64,000 nucleotides of DNA, taken from Phoronis australis (Eukaryota; Animalia; Phoronida). The stretch is taken from assembly GCA_002633005.1 (NCBI GenBank), contig NMRA01000003.1:728696-792695 (forward strand), given 5' to 3'. Positions 23,001 to 35,600 of the stretch are shown here, one piece after another. Every line of letters begins with the position of its first letter. The stretch's first letter is position 1. The notes under the pieces are model-generated. The model was not told where the DNA came from, made no database searches, and saw nothing but the letters and a program-made list of their open reading frames with translations. The translations under genes and the position numbers were made by a program.

Positions 23001-25417
23001 NNNNNNNNNNNNNNNNNNNNNNNNNNNNNNNNNNNNNNNNNNNNNNNNNNNNNNNNNNNNNNNNNNNNNNNNNNNNNNNNNNNNNNNNNNNNNNNNNNNN
23101 NNNNNNNNNNNNNNNNNNNNNNNNNNNNNNNNAAAAACGATATACCCGCTTTCCTCGCAGCTGCTTAGTTCAGACAAGCAGGAACGATGCACCGCAACAT
23201 AGCGGCATTCACTCTGCATATGAACCACTGACGTCGCTAGCGTCGTTTCTCACCTTCCTCACAGGTTAACGCGACACCTCTTGGCAAGGTAAGGTCGACC
23301 GTATGCGAGGCAAAGTGGATATAGACCGATTAAGACGGCAAAAAAGACTAATTAAATCGGGTGGCATTCTCCTTTAAGTGCCATTTTGAGGAGCGGTTTT
23401 CCTTGCAGTCAACTTCTAGACCACATTCGTACAACCGGATGTTTACCTGTTCATGTTAACTGACTGTCCAGCAGCAGATTCCCAGTGAAGTTTTTCATGA
23501 TATGACCGCTGTTTGGATGCCTGCATTGTCTTATGTGAAACTATTTAAAAGTACATCTGTTGTACTAAATCCTGTTATTAATGGATATTAATATTATTAA
23601 TGGTTATAAATTTGTAAATCCTGAACTGGCGTGGAAATATATAAATCAAAAAATTTTTAAATCTGGTCTGCACATCAGGATTTCTGTATTTGACTAATGG
23701 TCCCGATGGCTTATTGGCTAGATTATGTGCACGGTTGGCAGAAGGTCCTGGGTTCGAGTGCCGGTCAGGGACGGAAATCCTTTCAGACTGATGTTCATTA
23801 GGTCATGTGATGTGGCCAACAGGGGGCGTGCAGACAAGACTTTAAAATGTTTTGTGATTATTAATGTTTCATGATAGTCGTGAACCGTTGAAAGTCTAGA
23901 ACAAGTTTGAAAATTCCTTATAAAGTCTTAAGCATGAACAGATCATGGCTGATGCTTTGGGTTAGTTGATTGACAGCTGTGGGAAGGCCTGCCACTTAGA
24001 GTCACATGATTTCATTTTCGACATAATGAGGAAGTGTTTTGATTGAGTAATGCCTTTATCTGTGCGGGTGGCACTAACTGAGCAGTTGCAAGTGATAGTG
24101 CCAGTTTGTGGGGAAACAGTCAACGTTGGGATAACTTTATAAATATCCATTTTAGCAAAGAATGTCAAATGCTTTCCTGTCCATACATACAAACTGCTCT
24201 AAACGAATTTTACTTCTCTCCTTAGACTGTGTTGGTGTACCCTGGTGAACACTCTGTCACACTGGAGCAGCTGGCAGCCCAGATGAATCTTCAGAACAGA
24301 GGGGGCGTGGCAGAATCAGTCGACGCTGAATCTAGTAATGAGCCAGAATGTAAACGAACGAAGATGGAAGAGCATCCGCAGAAACCTGCGGCACCATTTG
24401 ACAAAGTGGTGTTCATTGACAGCACGTGGTATCAGTCGAAGAAGGTCTTCAAGGATGAGAGATTGTCTGGTTAGTGTGACTGTCATGTTAATGGTAAAAC
24501 GTGATTACTTAGGTGTACACAGGGCTTGGAATTGTCCTCTTTTAAGAGGATCTCCTCTTTTTGGTTTCGATTTCCTCTTATTTGATTTCCAGTTTCCTCT
24601 TTTTTTCGTCTCTTTTTATCCCTGTTTTGACTGTTGTCATGCAAAAACGTTTATTTCTGGTGAGTTTTCAACAAAAATAGCTATTTCTATCACACAAGCC
24701 TATTTGTTTGTGGAATAATACATTACCTGGAAATTTTTCCTATTTCATGTCATTCGTCATTCCAAGCCGTGTGTCCATGATGGTAATGATAAGTGTGGTG
24801 ACTCTGGTTAAGGTGTTGATGGTAGTGAAGATGTTTGTATCTATGATGACAGTGATGAATGATTATTAGTATATACTCTTAAAAAATGTATTAGTGAAAT
24901 GCAGTGTCCTATTGTTAATGTGTTTTATTCCTGGACTTTGTTTTGCTTGAACACTGTGTGAATGTCTTACTTTTGTCTTATGCAATCAAAATTTTCAGCT
25001 CCCATATTGTGACTGTTACCTTTATATATCCGTGCATGGTATATTGTTACGAATTTCTGTTCAATTGTTCGTTCTCCTTCTTTATGTTGACGGCAAGTTT
25101 TTTAATTTGCAGGGTTGAAGCGTGTTGAAATGAAAAGTTACCTGACCAAGTTTTGGCGGCACCAAAAGGACAAACCAAGCACCTACCTGGCCACAATTGA
25201 GGCTGTATATTATTTTGTGCGCGAGTTTCACCAACAGTTTATCAGTGATGACTACAGTGGGGAGTATGATAACTTACTCTTCTTGTTCAACTTTATGTAT
25301 CATAAGATACGGGAGTTCTATGATGGAGGACACATGTTGATGGCATACGGTGGTGAGCGCGCAAAGAAACTGAGAACAAAAAAGAAAAAGAAACGAGAAC
25401 AAGAAACTGATGGATGA
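19837..25417 (+). CDS. DTWD1: tRNA-uridine aminocarboxypropyltransferase 1 (DTW domain-containing protein 1), 283 aa
   Basis: Exons 19837-20001, 21027-21164, 24226-24469 and 25113-25417 join in phase; motifs [47 protein letters not shown]...[10 protein letters not shown]...YDNLLFLF. Confidence 0.95.
21027..21164 (+). CDS. DTWD1: DTWD1 coding exon 2
   Basis: [23 protein letters not shown]...[11 protein letters not shown]; GT-AG. Confidence 0.93.
21528..23373. mobile_element. Kolobok-like non-autonomous element spanning the assembly gap, in DTWD1 intron 2
   Basis: Ends TTAA-GGAGCATGCCACCC and GGGTGGCATTCTCCT-TTAA; internal repeats about 60 bp apart (ggccagtggctcgg). Confidence 0.7.
22230..23132. 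other. Assembly gap
   Basis: Run of N. Confidence 1.
23700..23772 (+). repeat. tRNA-derived SINE head or tRNA pseudogene
   Basis: gtccc...gggac closing stem, A-box-like tggcttattgg, B-box-like ggttcgagtgc; non-canonical anticodon arm. Confidence 0.5.
24226..24469 (+). CDS. DTWD1: DTWD1 coding exon 3
   Basis: TVLVYPG...[24 protein letters not shown]; phase 0 to 1. Confidence 0.93.
24520..24771 (+). mobile_element. hAT-like MITE, copy 1 (CAGGG termini, apparent 6-bp TSD)
   Basis: TIR cagggcttggaat / attccaagccgtg; flanks tgtaca / tgtcca; second copy at 30469-30707. Confidence 0.7.
25113..25417 (+). CDS. DTWD1: DTWD1 coding exon 4 (terminal)
   Basis: [34 protein letters not shown]...TGA. Confidence 0.93.
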
Positions 25418-26519
25418 CAAAGGTGGTAGTTATGGGATGTGAATATAGAGAGCGTTTTAGAGCAAAATGTCTCCCTCTGTGGAGTATCACAGGAATCATG
25501 TGAAATGCAAATTTTGGGGCAGCCATGACAAGCCAGATACATGGTTGTTGTACTGTGGGCCGTGATTTTGTGAGTGGAAAATTGAGTTTTTGACTTTTTT
25601 ATTGCTGAGCTTACTCGTTTGTTCACAACTGAAATTACCATTCCAAGTGGCGATGGCTTTGGGGACTTCATTTGTTAGAGGTAGTACGATTTGATGACAT
25701 CTATGCTGTTGCTTTTCCGAGTGTTTCACAGTTGTAGACAAGAACTCGTACTTATGTTATAAGCATTGTGGAATGGTAAGTTTTGTTTCACCAGAAACTT
25801 AGCGGAACTTTGGAAACTTGAACAGCACCATGAGATGTGGTAGTGATGTCTGCTCATAGGATCACATGGTTATGTGCAAAATTGTGGAGATTTTAGATAT
25901 GCGCATCAATAGACGGTGTTCAACACGCTGAAGCAGAATTAGTCTTAAAGTTGCTTGATTTCTATTAATTTTTGTTTTTTTTGATTGGTTTTGAATTGTT
26001 TGAGATTGAAACTATTCAAGATTTTACAAGTTTTCCCAGAGTTATGAATTCTTCATGGAGAATGTCTATTTCTAATTGAGAAAATTAGCTTTGACAAAGT
26101 AGGTGGTCTTACAACCACACCTCTGGGAACACCTTCGCCCATCTTATTCACCATACTTGGGTTCAGCAACTGTAAAGACATGGGTGGATCAAGTACAGGC
26201 CCTGTAGCTACTCAGTGTTGCTTCATTGTGACTTGAAAGTTAAATCAGAAATACAATGTATTAATGAAGTATCCTTGTTCAATCACCTGTAAAGAACAGG
26301 TCCTTATTTCTGTGTATGGAAATGATAGAAGATACCTTTAGAAGCACATTTGTTTGTGGTGTGTGGTGAATCCATTCCTTGAGAAAAGAACAAAGTGGTG
26401 TATTTTTTATTTCAAAGGTATCTATCATTCTCATTTTCAGCTGGGAGATCTAAAACCCCGCTGTGGTCTACCTCAACGTCTCATATTTTGTGTGATTTGG
26501 TCTTAGGAACGTGTTCGAA

Positions 26520-28020
26520 TTGCTTTTCATTTGTGAGCACATTTGCCGTCATCTCTGGGTGTCCATCTAAGCAAACGACATCCACTGCAATATCTCTTAA
26601 ACCTCTTGCAGGACGCAATTTGGCAGCTGCATTCTTATAGACGATGACAAATGACTAGTTTTGGGCTACCACTGTGCCTCCTGGTGGCAATATTTTTGTT
26701 TAATTCTGTGTTCTCTGAGTATCTGGGTGGATTTTAATAACATTTGGTAAACAGGTATCAAGGAGAAGATGCCTTTTTAGGCAAATTTGTTGTATTTTGT
26801 GACACCTAATAGCCATCTTTATTAGTTTTTAGTCTGCCAAACTGATCGAAGGATCATTATGAATATTGAATTTGCAAATGTATTCCTGCAAGGATCTTAC
26901 GGCTGACAAAATTTTTGCATGAGCTCGAGTGCAAGTGGCACTTTTATTTTGGTGCCTCCACAGTACCTCCTTAACCCCTTGGAGGACCTTTATGAAATTT
27001 GGAAATTGTTTTGCCATGAATTTGGCAGCGGATGACTACTCTCAGATGGATCTGACCACCATTGTGCCATTTGCAATTTTATTTGTTTACGTTTGCCTCT
27101 GTATTTTCCGAGCTCCTCCACAGATTTTTATGAAGTTTGACCAAAAGTTTTCTAAATAGAGACCATAAGGTTTTTTTATTTTCAGATAGATTTGTCCTAT
27201 ATTGTGCCACCTAGTGGCCTTTTTTATGCACTCACATGTTTTCATGTGTGGTCGCATATTGTCCTTTCTTTTGGGTTAATAGGTTGTCCTGGTGTCTCCT
27301 TGATATCTCGAAAATATTGGCCACATTTCATTGTGCCTCGCACCCTGGGGTCAGGGGGCGTGCCTTTTTTAGTATTTTTGGGGTAAGAGCAATGCTGTAT
27401 GGTATCTAGAGAACGATCGACAGATTTCAATGAAACTTGACACAGAGGCATGTNNNNNNNNNNNNNNNNNNNNNNNNNNNNNNNNNNNNNNNNNNNNNNN
27501 NNNNNNNNNNNNNNNNNNNNNNGGGGGGGGGGGGGGGGGTTGAGCGGTTTGGGATTATACCCAGAGAACTGGATTTCAATGAAACTTGGCACTGAGGTAC
27601 ATGATGACATTGCGCCAGCACGATTTGATTCTCGGGCAGGTTCCACCCGTCCAGTGCCTCCCAGTTGCCATTTTGGGAAAGAACATTTCTGGATGACATA
27701 TAGAGATCTGATGGACAGGTTGTAATGAAACTCGACACAGAGGTATGTGATGTCAGTGTACTGGCATCATTTAATTTCCAGGTGGATTCGACTACAGCAA
27801 TACCATAACTCGGGGCTTCTCAAATTTCCGTATGACATCTAGAGAACTTATTGACGGGTTTCAATGAAACTTGACTCGGAAATATATGATGACAGTGGGA
27901 AAGCACCATTTGATTTTCAGGCAGATTGGAGTACTGCAGCACCTCCTAATGGCCCCTAGAAACATATCGTTTGCGATGCACCGTGTGCGCATGTCAACGC
28001 CACAGCGTTGCTCTTATTAT
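26520..28020 (+). mobile_element. Second, more diverged HINE of the same family, in opposite orientation (contains the small gap)
   Basis: 5' tgccgtcatctctg and 3' gtgtgcgcatgtcaacgccacagcgttgctctta match the reverse complement of the 4268-5784 element ends; diverged internal monomers include gtgcctcctggtggca and gtgccacctagtggcc. Confidence 0.65.
27454..27521. other. Assembly gap
   Basis: Run of N followed by poly-G. Confidence 1.
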
Positions 28021-29737
28021 TTGCTGTTGTTGTTATTTAGGTTTTTGGAGTCTGCCTCTCTGTGTGCCAAACTCAGCTTAATTATAAGAATCGACTTCAG
28101 TATACCACGACTAACGTTGATTTTCAAACGTCTCTGATTACTGTGATGCCCTCTACAGGCTCAAATTGTCAGAACGTCCCAAATTCCCACAACTTCAAAA
28201 TTGTGACAATTTGAGTCAGGGCTGCAGGTCCAAATTGTTACAAGCTCTCAAATTGCGACAAGAATTTCAAGTGCGCGTGACAATTTGGGTCTGTGGTGTA
28301 GCATAGATCCAAATATGTAGTACATATCCAAGTTGTCACAGCAGCCCAAATAGTCACAATAACGTAAGCTGTGTTACTCTAGGAGAATTTTATAGCTAAA
28401 ATGATTGGATGTTGAACCCAAAAGGGCGTGGTTTCCTCATTACACTGTTTTGTTTGAAACTGATATCTACCGGATGTTGCAGTGGTAGTGGATCACAGTT
28501 GAATGTCGTGACAAGGCACGTTTATGGTCTCTTTATAAATGCGCGCATCACGTGGTGGCAGTTGACAATTTGGTCACTCTGTCAGTGTGACAAATGGTGT
28601 ATCTTTGCATCCATCCCCACCAAAATTTGACTTTGGTTTACGAAAATGCAATTAGCAGCGAGTTTGTTTCTTTTAGTAACTTAGTACAAGCATCAACTGG
28701 GTTTATTCCTCACTCTCCCCTTTGTGTTCGTGATATCTTACTTCATGTATTGTGTGTGTAGCCTTCTTCTATTGCGTGAAGGTAATTAGCGCACCGAGTA
28801 GGCTTACCATCTGTGATACACTTGTGCTGTATTGGTCTCGTTTAATTCTGTCTTAGTTTAAAATGTTCTGTTTGATCATAGACTATATTTGTCTATAATC
28901 TATGGTTTGATTAGAACAGAGATCCGTCATGTTACAGCCCCTAACCATGCGCGCCACCAGGGGGGCGGCAACTCAACCTGGGATTCCCACCACGGAAATG
29001 AAAAGGCCAACAACTAGGGGGCTTAGGTTGGGTTTCAACAGAAAACAATGATATTCCCCTCTCCCCATCTTCCAAACCAATAGACCAATATAAGAAAACC
29101 ATGAACTAAGACATTTTGAAACTCGTTGACCGTATTTGAGTAGGCACAACAGACACGCCCTTTGGAAATTGGTAGGTTGCCAATCTGCTTATTTGACTTC
29201 ATCGTGAACTTTGCAACAGAGTATAAGCTCCTTTAACATTTAATAGGGATAACGATTAGCCTAAACTGCAGGCGCGGGCAGGGAGTGTCGACATCATCAA
29301 ACCGTATACGATGGCCGAAGAGACCAAATTGGTGAATGCAGGCATTTTGAATAACCAAGTCCACGATATAGTACTTTGCTGTAGCTAAGGCGAAAAAGGT
29401 CAAAGTCTCACCAACCACACCAAGGATTTGCGGTTACCTGCAATCGCGCAAGCAGTGTTGCTTCGGCTACCCTCGAGGTGTACTGCCGAATAAACGTTGC
29501 GATCCCCTTTGTTGCTCATGTGACCCCTCAAGTTGACCTGAACGTACTCCAGATAAATGAGAAGGCGTTAAAGTTGTCAGCATTTGGAAATTCAGGTAGC
29601 TGTCGACGATGTCACGGAAACACACTGACCTGTCACTTCCGGAAAACTTCAACCAAGAACTGCAGCGTTGGAAGTTGAAATTCTGACTCGAGTGCCCGAG
29701 GAGGAATGGCCTTATTAGCATCGTTGAAGCAATGTTC

Positions 29738-29877
29738 ATGGGCAGCGCCGCACTGAAAAAAATGGAGGGGCTATAGCCCCCAGCCCCCCTGTGGTGCACC
29801 GCCCAAAGACTATGATGGGCTGCGCAGCACTGAAAAAAATTCGGGGGCTATTAGCCCCCAGCCCCCTATGGTGGTGA
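29738..29877. repeat. Tandem pair of about 77-bp GC-rich units (MITE-end derived)
   Basis: atgggc..gc..cactgaaaaaaat..ggggctat(t)agcccccagcccc...tggtg occurs twice. Confidence 0.7.
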
Positions 29878-30468
29878 AAGAGGTTTTTTACAAATATCCA
29901 TGTGGTGTTAATTAAGGTGCTTGCGTCATAAGAAATTTCACAGAAACCTCTATACGAGTGAGGAAACACTGTCCTCCTTAGGGCCGGCTCTCTGACGAAT
30001 AGCTACGATCTGAGTTGCCTGCCTCAAGTGAACCATAACTGAGCTGAAAGCTTACGTCAAGGTGTGAAAATGCGACATCAGTGGAATGAACTGGCCGCAA
30101 CTCCAGTCATTCAATTGTATTGTTCTGGCCTTGGCATGAGCTGTGAGCTGAGCTGTGATTCACTTGAACCAAGCACCTCAGCTGGTACATGTAGCTACCA
30201 TTCTGCGCTGGCCCTTTGTTCTTCTGAATATCATAATTCACTGTGGGGGAGAAATTGACTCAGATGAAGTCGCCATCTTCAGTTTGCCAAGAAAAACTTA
30301 AGCTAGAAAACTAGATCTGAGCAGGGTTGCGTTCGAGTAAAAGTACACTCTCTTCTATGGCTCAGATTCCCGTTAGACATTCAAAATCTGTAGCCCAAAA
30401 TATGTGTTAAAAATGATACGCTAATTAATTTTGATTACAACTCGTACGTGTAACACCTGTGCGACCTT

Positions 30469-30707
30469 CAGGGGTTGGAATTTCCCCTCTTTTAGGAGGA
30501 TTTCCTCTTTTTGATTTCGATTTCCTCTTACTTGATTTCAGTTTCCTCGTTTTTTCATCTCTTTTTATCATTATTTTGACCTTATTCACGCAAAAACGTT
30601 TATCCCAGTTAAATTTTACAACAGAAAAAATATTTCTATTACGCAAGGCTATTTGAGGAATGATACATAACCTGTAAAATTGTTGTAATTGGTCATACCT
30701 AGCCCTG
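30469..30707 (+). mobile_element. hAT-like MITE, copy 2
   Basis: caggggttggaat...cctagccctg; flanks gacctt / cacctt; body alignable to 24520-24771. Confidence 0.7.
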
Positions 30708-30868
30708 CACCTTTGATATTAGTAAAACGAGTTGTTCACATTGGGAATGTACTACCTTAACGACTGACGCGCTATTGGATCCCACCCCCCTTTTTGAAAT
30801 TAGATACTTCCCCTGGGCCAAACTTGTTATGCGCATGCTAACAATGCTTTCATCTTTACTTCGTTTAA

Positions 30869-32642
30869 AGGACACTAAACCTTGTTTCGGTTATTTCAAG
30901 GAATTCTAGTTCTGTCATCTTCTAATGAATCATTTGAACATTTAAAAAACCAGGATTCAAGTAAAAATTCATACTCTCTGAGTCGATATTAGGCTTTTTG
31001 GTGGGAGGTGTTTTCCTGCAGTTGTGTAGCTCGCCTAAAGCGTAGTCCACGCTTAACCGTTTAGCTGATTTTGTAAGGAGTTTTCAAATTTTACTCCAAA
31101 CTTTTTAAGGTTATAGAGGTTTACAGAGAATTCAGAAACCCCGACAAGAAAGACGTTTTCAATATCTGTCAATAGACCAAAACCGGCGGGCTTGGTATCC
31201 TTGTAAGAACCCATTTAGGAGAAAACATTAAGGGACGCTGTGTAAGTCGGCCAAAAAGTATTCAAAACGAAAACTGACGCAATTATGTTTATGGTGCTCA
31301 TTGTGAGGCTCTGCATTTACTCACATTTAAAAAAAATAAAAAGTGCAACAAATCCGGGCCTCAAACCAAAAATCAACTTAATTTAGGGGATTTAAAGCGG
31401 GCGTCAATCCGCCCGGCCGTTCATCCCAAAAACGATTATTGATTTAGATGTTTTACCGTTATGAAATTTATCTCAAATTATACCTCGGCCAAACTGAATG
31501 TGATTTCAGATTTTCGAAAGAACTGACAGTTCGTTATTTCATTGGAACACGCCAATGACCTGAAATTTTATTAGCTTGGTCTAAAGAAATGAACAGACTG
31601 TGAGCTCAGAGATCACTTTTGAACTCAGTAAGGAACAAAACGAAATCAAGTTTTTAACGGTGAGTGGCCTAAATCAAAAGTTGTTTTTACAGAAAACACG
31701 GTTTTATTGCAGCTTTACGGGTTTTATTGAGTCTAGAAATGATTTATTTACTCGAGAAGAAGTGAAAGATAGCTATCTGTTTCATTCCTGGTAGATTGAG
31801 TTTCTTGTCTATGGCTAGCCAAAGCGGATAAAATTCCAGGACACAAATCTTCTATTCAATAATTAAAATCTCTTCAGGGCCAAAATATAATCTCAAAACC
31901 AGAATTTATCATGCCAGGACCTATAACTTATCACGTCAGGGCAGAAAATGTATCACGCCAGGATAGAAAATTTATCACGCCAGGACATAAAATTAATCAC
32001 GCCTGGACTAAATTTCACGCCAAGACAAAATTTCATGCCAGGAGACCAATTATCCGCAAGCACGTGACCACGAACGTGAGGCGATCGGTTGAGTTCAGTA
32101 AAACCAAATGCACATTGGCTTCTGTTGTAAAACGTGTAAGAGACATCAGAAATCCAACCTCAGCATTGCCACGATGATACTGTGACTGTCGTCGGGGAAC
32201 GCTTAATACTAGTGTATACGTAGCACCGACGTCATCTCTTTGAGGAGTCACGTGCTTGTGGATAGTTACGTGGTCACCTGGCAGGAAATTTTTCTGGTGT
32301 GGTGTGAAGTTTTCCTGATCTGTTAAATTTTCTTTCCTGGCATGTTACATTTTCGGTCCTAACGTCATACAAAACGGTCCTGACGTGATAAATTTTGTTC
32401 TTTGAGTTGTTTTTTTTTGGTCGCGCAGAGTGAAAATAATGCTTTGGACTGTTTTTTAATAGAAAATTTATGTCCTGGATTTTTTTCTGCTTTGGTTTTC
32501 CATACTTGTCAAGACAGGTTAATTTCAGTCCCCAAGCCAGTAGGACATGAGAAAATGACACGCGATTTATTGTAACCGATTTTATTCAAACAATCCACAA
32601 GAACGCAATGACGATGTTTTGGGAGAACAATTTAGTACTCCT
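30869..32642. mobile_element. Possible degenerate Kolobok-like element hosting the foldback element
   Basis: Left end TTAA-AGGACACTAAA; weak right end TTTAGTACTCCT-TTGA. Confidence 0.3.
31817..32497. mobile_element. Foldback-type element with long imperfect TIRs built from about 20-bp subrepeats
   Basis: Left arm ccaaagcggataaaattccaggacacaaat...(aaatttatcacgccagga)n...tatccgcaagcacgtgac is mirrored by gtcacgtgcttgtggata...cctgacgtgataaatt...atttatgtcctggatttttttctgctttgg. Confidence 0.75.
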
Positions 32643-35600
32643 TTGAAAAATGATGCTTTTGATACGTATAGAGCATCGTTTGTAGCGATTTGATAGCTTC
32701 AATACATATAAAGAATTATCAACGATGCTATACACTCTCTGGGACACGTACAGCCTCCCAAAAGAGTGTCAGTTCTTACCCGGGAAAAGGACTAGATATA
32801 CCCATATGCAATCAGTAAAGCGGTGCTCTACTGATGTGGACGTTTTAAAGTTTTAATATTCAATAATAAGATGCCATCCTATTATCAACACTTTGTGCTT
32901 AAAACTCACGGAAAAGTAATACAATGTATTTGAATCTCCACGTCCTTGTACCCTCGCCGTCATACCACGACGGAAAAACGGGCTTAAAGGAAATGAGCAA
33001 CGCAGGTTTTCAGACGATATCCTATTTTTGAAACGATGGTGTCCGACAAGGCTTGTAGAAATATATGACTTGTCAGTTTTTATGTACATTTAATGGTTAA
33101 GATTTTGCTTTTATCTATTTCCATGTGTAATAAAATGGCATTTTTGTTGAAATCTTGTGAAAATATGACACAGGCGTAACCAAGAGTCAATAACCTGCTC
33201 GTGTGGCGTTTTGAATGAATTTGTAGTTTGAGTGACTATCATTGTTTCCCAATTGAGCTTTAAGTGGTACAAAGAGGTTTAAAATTTTCAAACATTATAA
33301 TTGTACTCCTTGATTATTTGAAATATCAAACACGTGTTATTCCGTTATATTAGAATATTTCTCACAGGAACTGTCATGCTGTACAGCCTATCGTTATCCG
33401 TAATGCGGTGGATTTTTTATGGTAATCGGTGGTATGAAAGTCTAAGTACATATTAGTGGTTATTTGTGTTGAAACGGCATGAAAATTTTCAACATAGTCA
33501 ATAATCAGATGGTTGTAATGGCGCATTAGCTTGATAGAGTTTGGTTGAATTTGTAACGGACCACTTCTTCCTGTTATAACGCAAAAAACCTACTGTGATT
33601 TGAATCACCCGGTAGGTAATATCTCTGTGATATCGCTCAATTTGAAAGGTAAATAATCCAAAGGGTTAGCTTGATTAACCGAGATATCTCAAATTATGTC
33701 CGATTATTGAGTAAAAAATAGGAAATTGGCTCTGTTAAGCATGTCAGTGCGATAACACTTTTGATTTCCTCTTAATTTTCTGGCTTACGCGTTAACAATA
33801 ATCTTCGGCCGTTCGATTTTTTGAAAAGGAAATAAATTGGCGCATTCTCTTGGGCTATTTCTGTCGTTGAATCTATTCTATATGATGTATATGATATGAA
33901 ATAGCAATTAGGTAGCTCGAAATGATCCGAAATCTAAATACATTTGGTTTCCCTCATTTCCGCCTTTTCCAGTGTGGTCAAACCAGTTGTAGCCTCAAGG
34001 GCTAGAATAAATGTTTGCGCATTGAGAATGAGTACTTAAATGACGTAAAAATTTTTCATGTCTTTAAGATGAATAACGAGTTGCTTCATTTTTAAACGTC
34101 TGCAAAGGGCACGTGCTTTTACTGACACAAGTCTTGTGACGGTTATTTAAATCGCAGTAATCATATTATTACGGTAGGGTTATTGTAGCTTTGCACCAGA
34201 AATTTATCCACGAAGATTTGTATAAAAAGTGAGCACCGGTGCATTTCTTTCATAAATTTCGAAAACGTGTCAGACGTTTTTTGTGAGAAATCGTCAAACT
34301 GAGTCACCGGTGTGCGTATTGTTTTCATACCCTTGTTTTAAGTAACCGTAAATTTTTTATATACTGGCAACTTAAATAATTCATTCTGTACGGTTTCCAT
34401 GTAATCTTTCTGTTTTTTTGTGTTCTCAAGAGCAGCTGCGATCGTCAAAGACGATTGTAGTCGTTTCAAAGTGCGCTAATTGCTTCATTGAACTGATAAT
34501 ATAGCAGGACGCAGGTGGGGGAAACTTTGGAGCCTAGTTAGAGCACCGCAACAATACGTGCTCTTTAAAAGCTTTTTGTCATACATTTATTACACGTATA
34601 AGTATGACTAAGTATACATTCGATTGTTTGACAGTTTATTTAAATCTCGTCAGTGGGAGTTAAAGAGGCACGTGGTTTTATATAGTTTCAGGTGCAAGAG
34701 TTGTTGTATTCTATTGGAAATGTCAAAACAGTGAATCTCCTTACGTCCACTCTTAAATTTGAAACGTTCGGACGAAGATATCGAGATAAATAAATGAATA
34801 TTACAGCTAGTGGGCCTGCCAAGTAGTAGATACAGACGACGATACCCAAAATTCTTTATTTTAATCCAAAATTTGCTTTGCATTACGTTACAAAATGCAA
34901 TATGTGTCTTGGTATTAAACAGGATGCTGCAATGAGAAGTCCAATTCAGTACATTGGTATAGATCTATGTGTTGACTCAAGAACCGTGAAATGAACGATG
35001 GGAAAAGCGAATCTGAATTGGTTTTCTGTAATATGTTTGATTAACTTAGTTAATAAGCCGATAACGCCTGGACCCGTGTTATAATAAGTCCATTAATCGG
35101 CCTCTAGAAAACCTTCATGAAACAGGTAAATAGTCGCTTCATCAGCTGCGTCAATATCTCACCTGGTGATAATAAACGCGCCACCAAGGTCATTTCTGTG
35201 GTCACTATCACGTGACTTGGACAAATGGGGTCCCATTGAACACGAAATGTCAGGTGTCCTGAAACATTTTACCGGCGGGCAAAACGTAAAAATCTCATGT
35301 CGAATTACAAAGCAACAGCTACTTCACACGCCAATGTCTTTTCAAGTTTAGAGATCCATTTTTAGATGCATTGTAGATTTTTCCAAAGTTGCACGGCTTA
35401 ATTTATAACTCCAAAATGAAAATATTCGATTTTTCAAACACGAAAATTAAGAGGATATCGGTAACATTAGATGAATTTTAGTTCGGAATTTGCAACTTTG
35501 AATTGTTGTTTGAGTACATTTATTCTGAGTATGAGTTCGTAACATCACCCATGTATGAAAGATTTTTTTTTATAAAAGCTGCTAGTTCAAGTCACTGAAA

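Noticed and set aside
22207-23228. 331-aa and 335-aa ORFs
   Set aside because: Artefacts of translating the N gap
23700-23772. Functional tRNA gene
   Set aside because: Anticodon stem and loop and D-arm are non-canonical; treated as a SINE head or pseudogene
27242-27738. ORFs of 91-134 aa
   Set aside because: They span an N gap and poly-G inside a HINE
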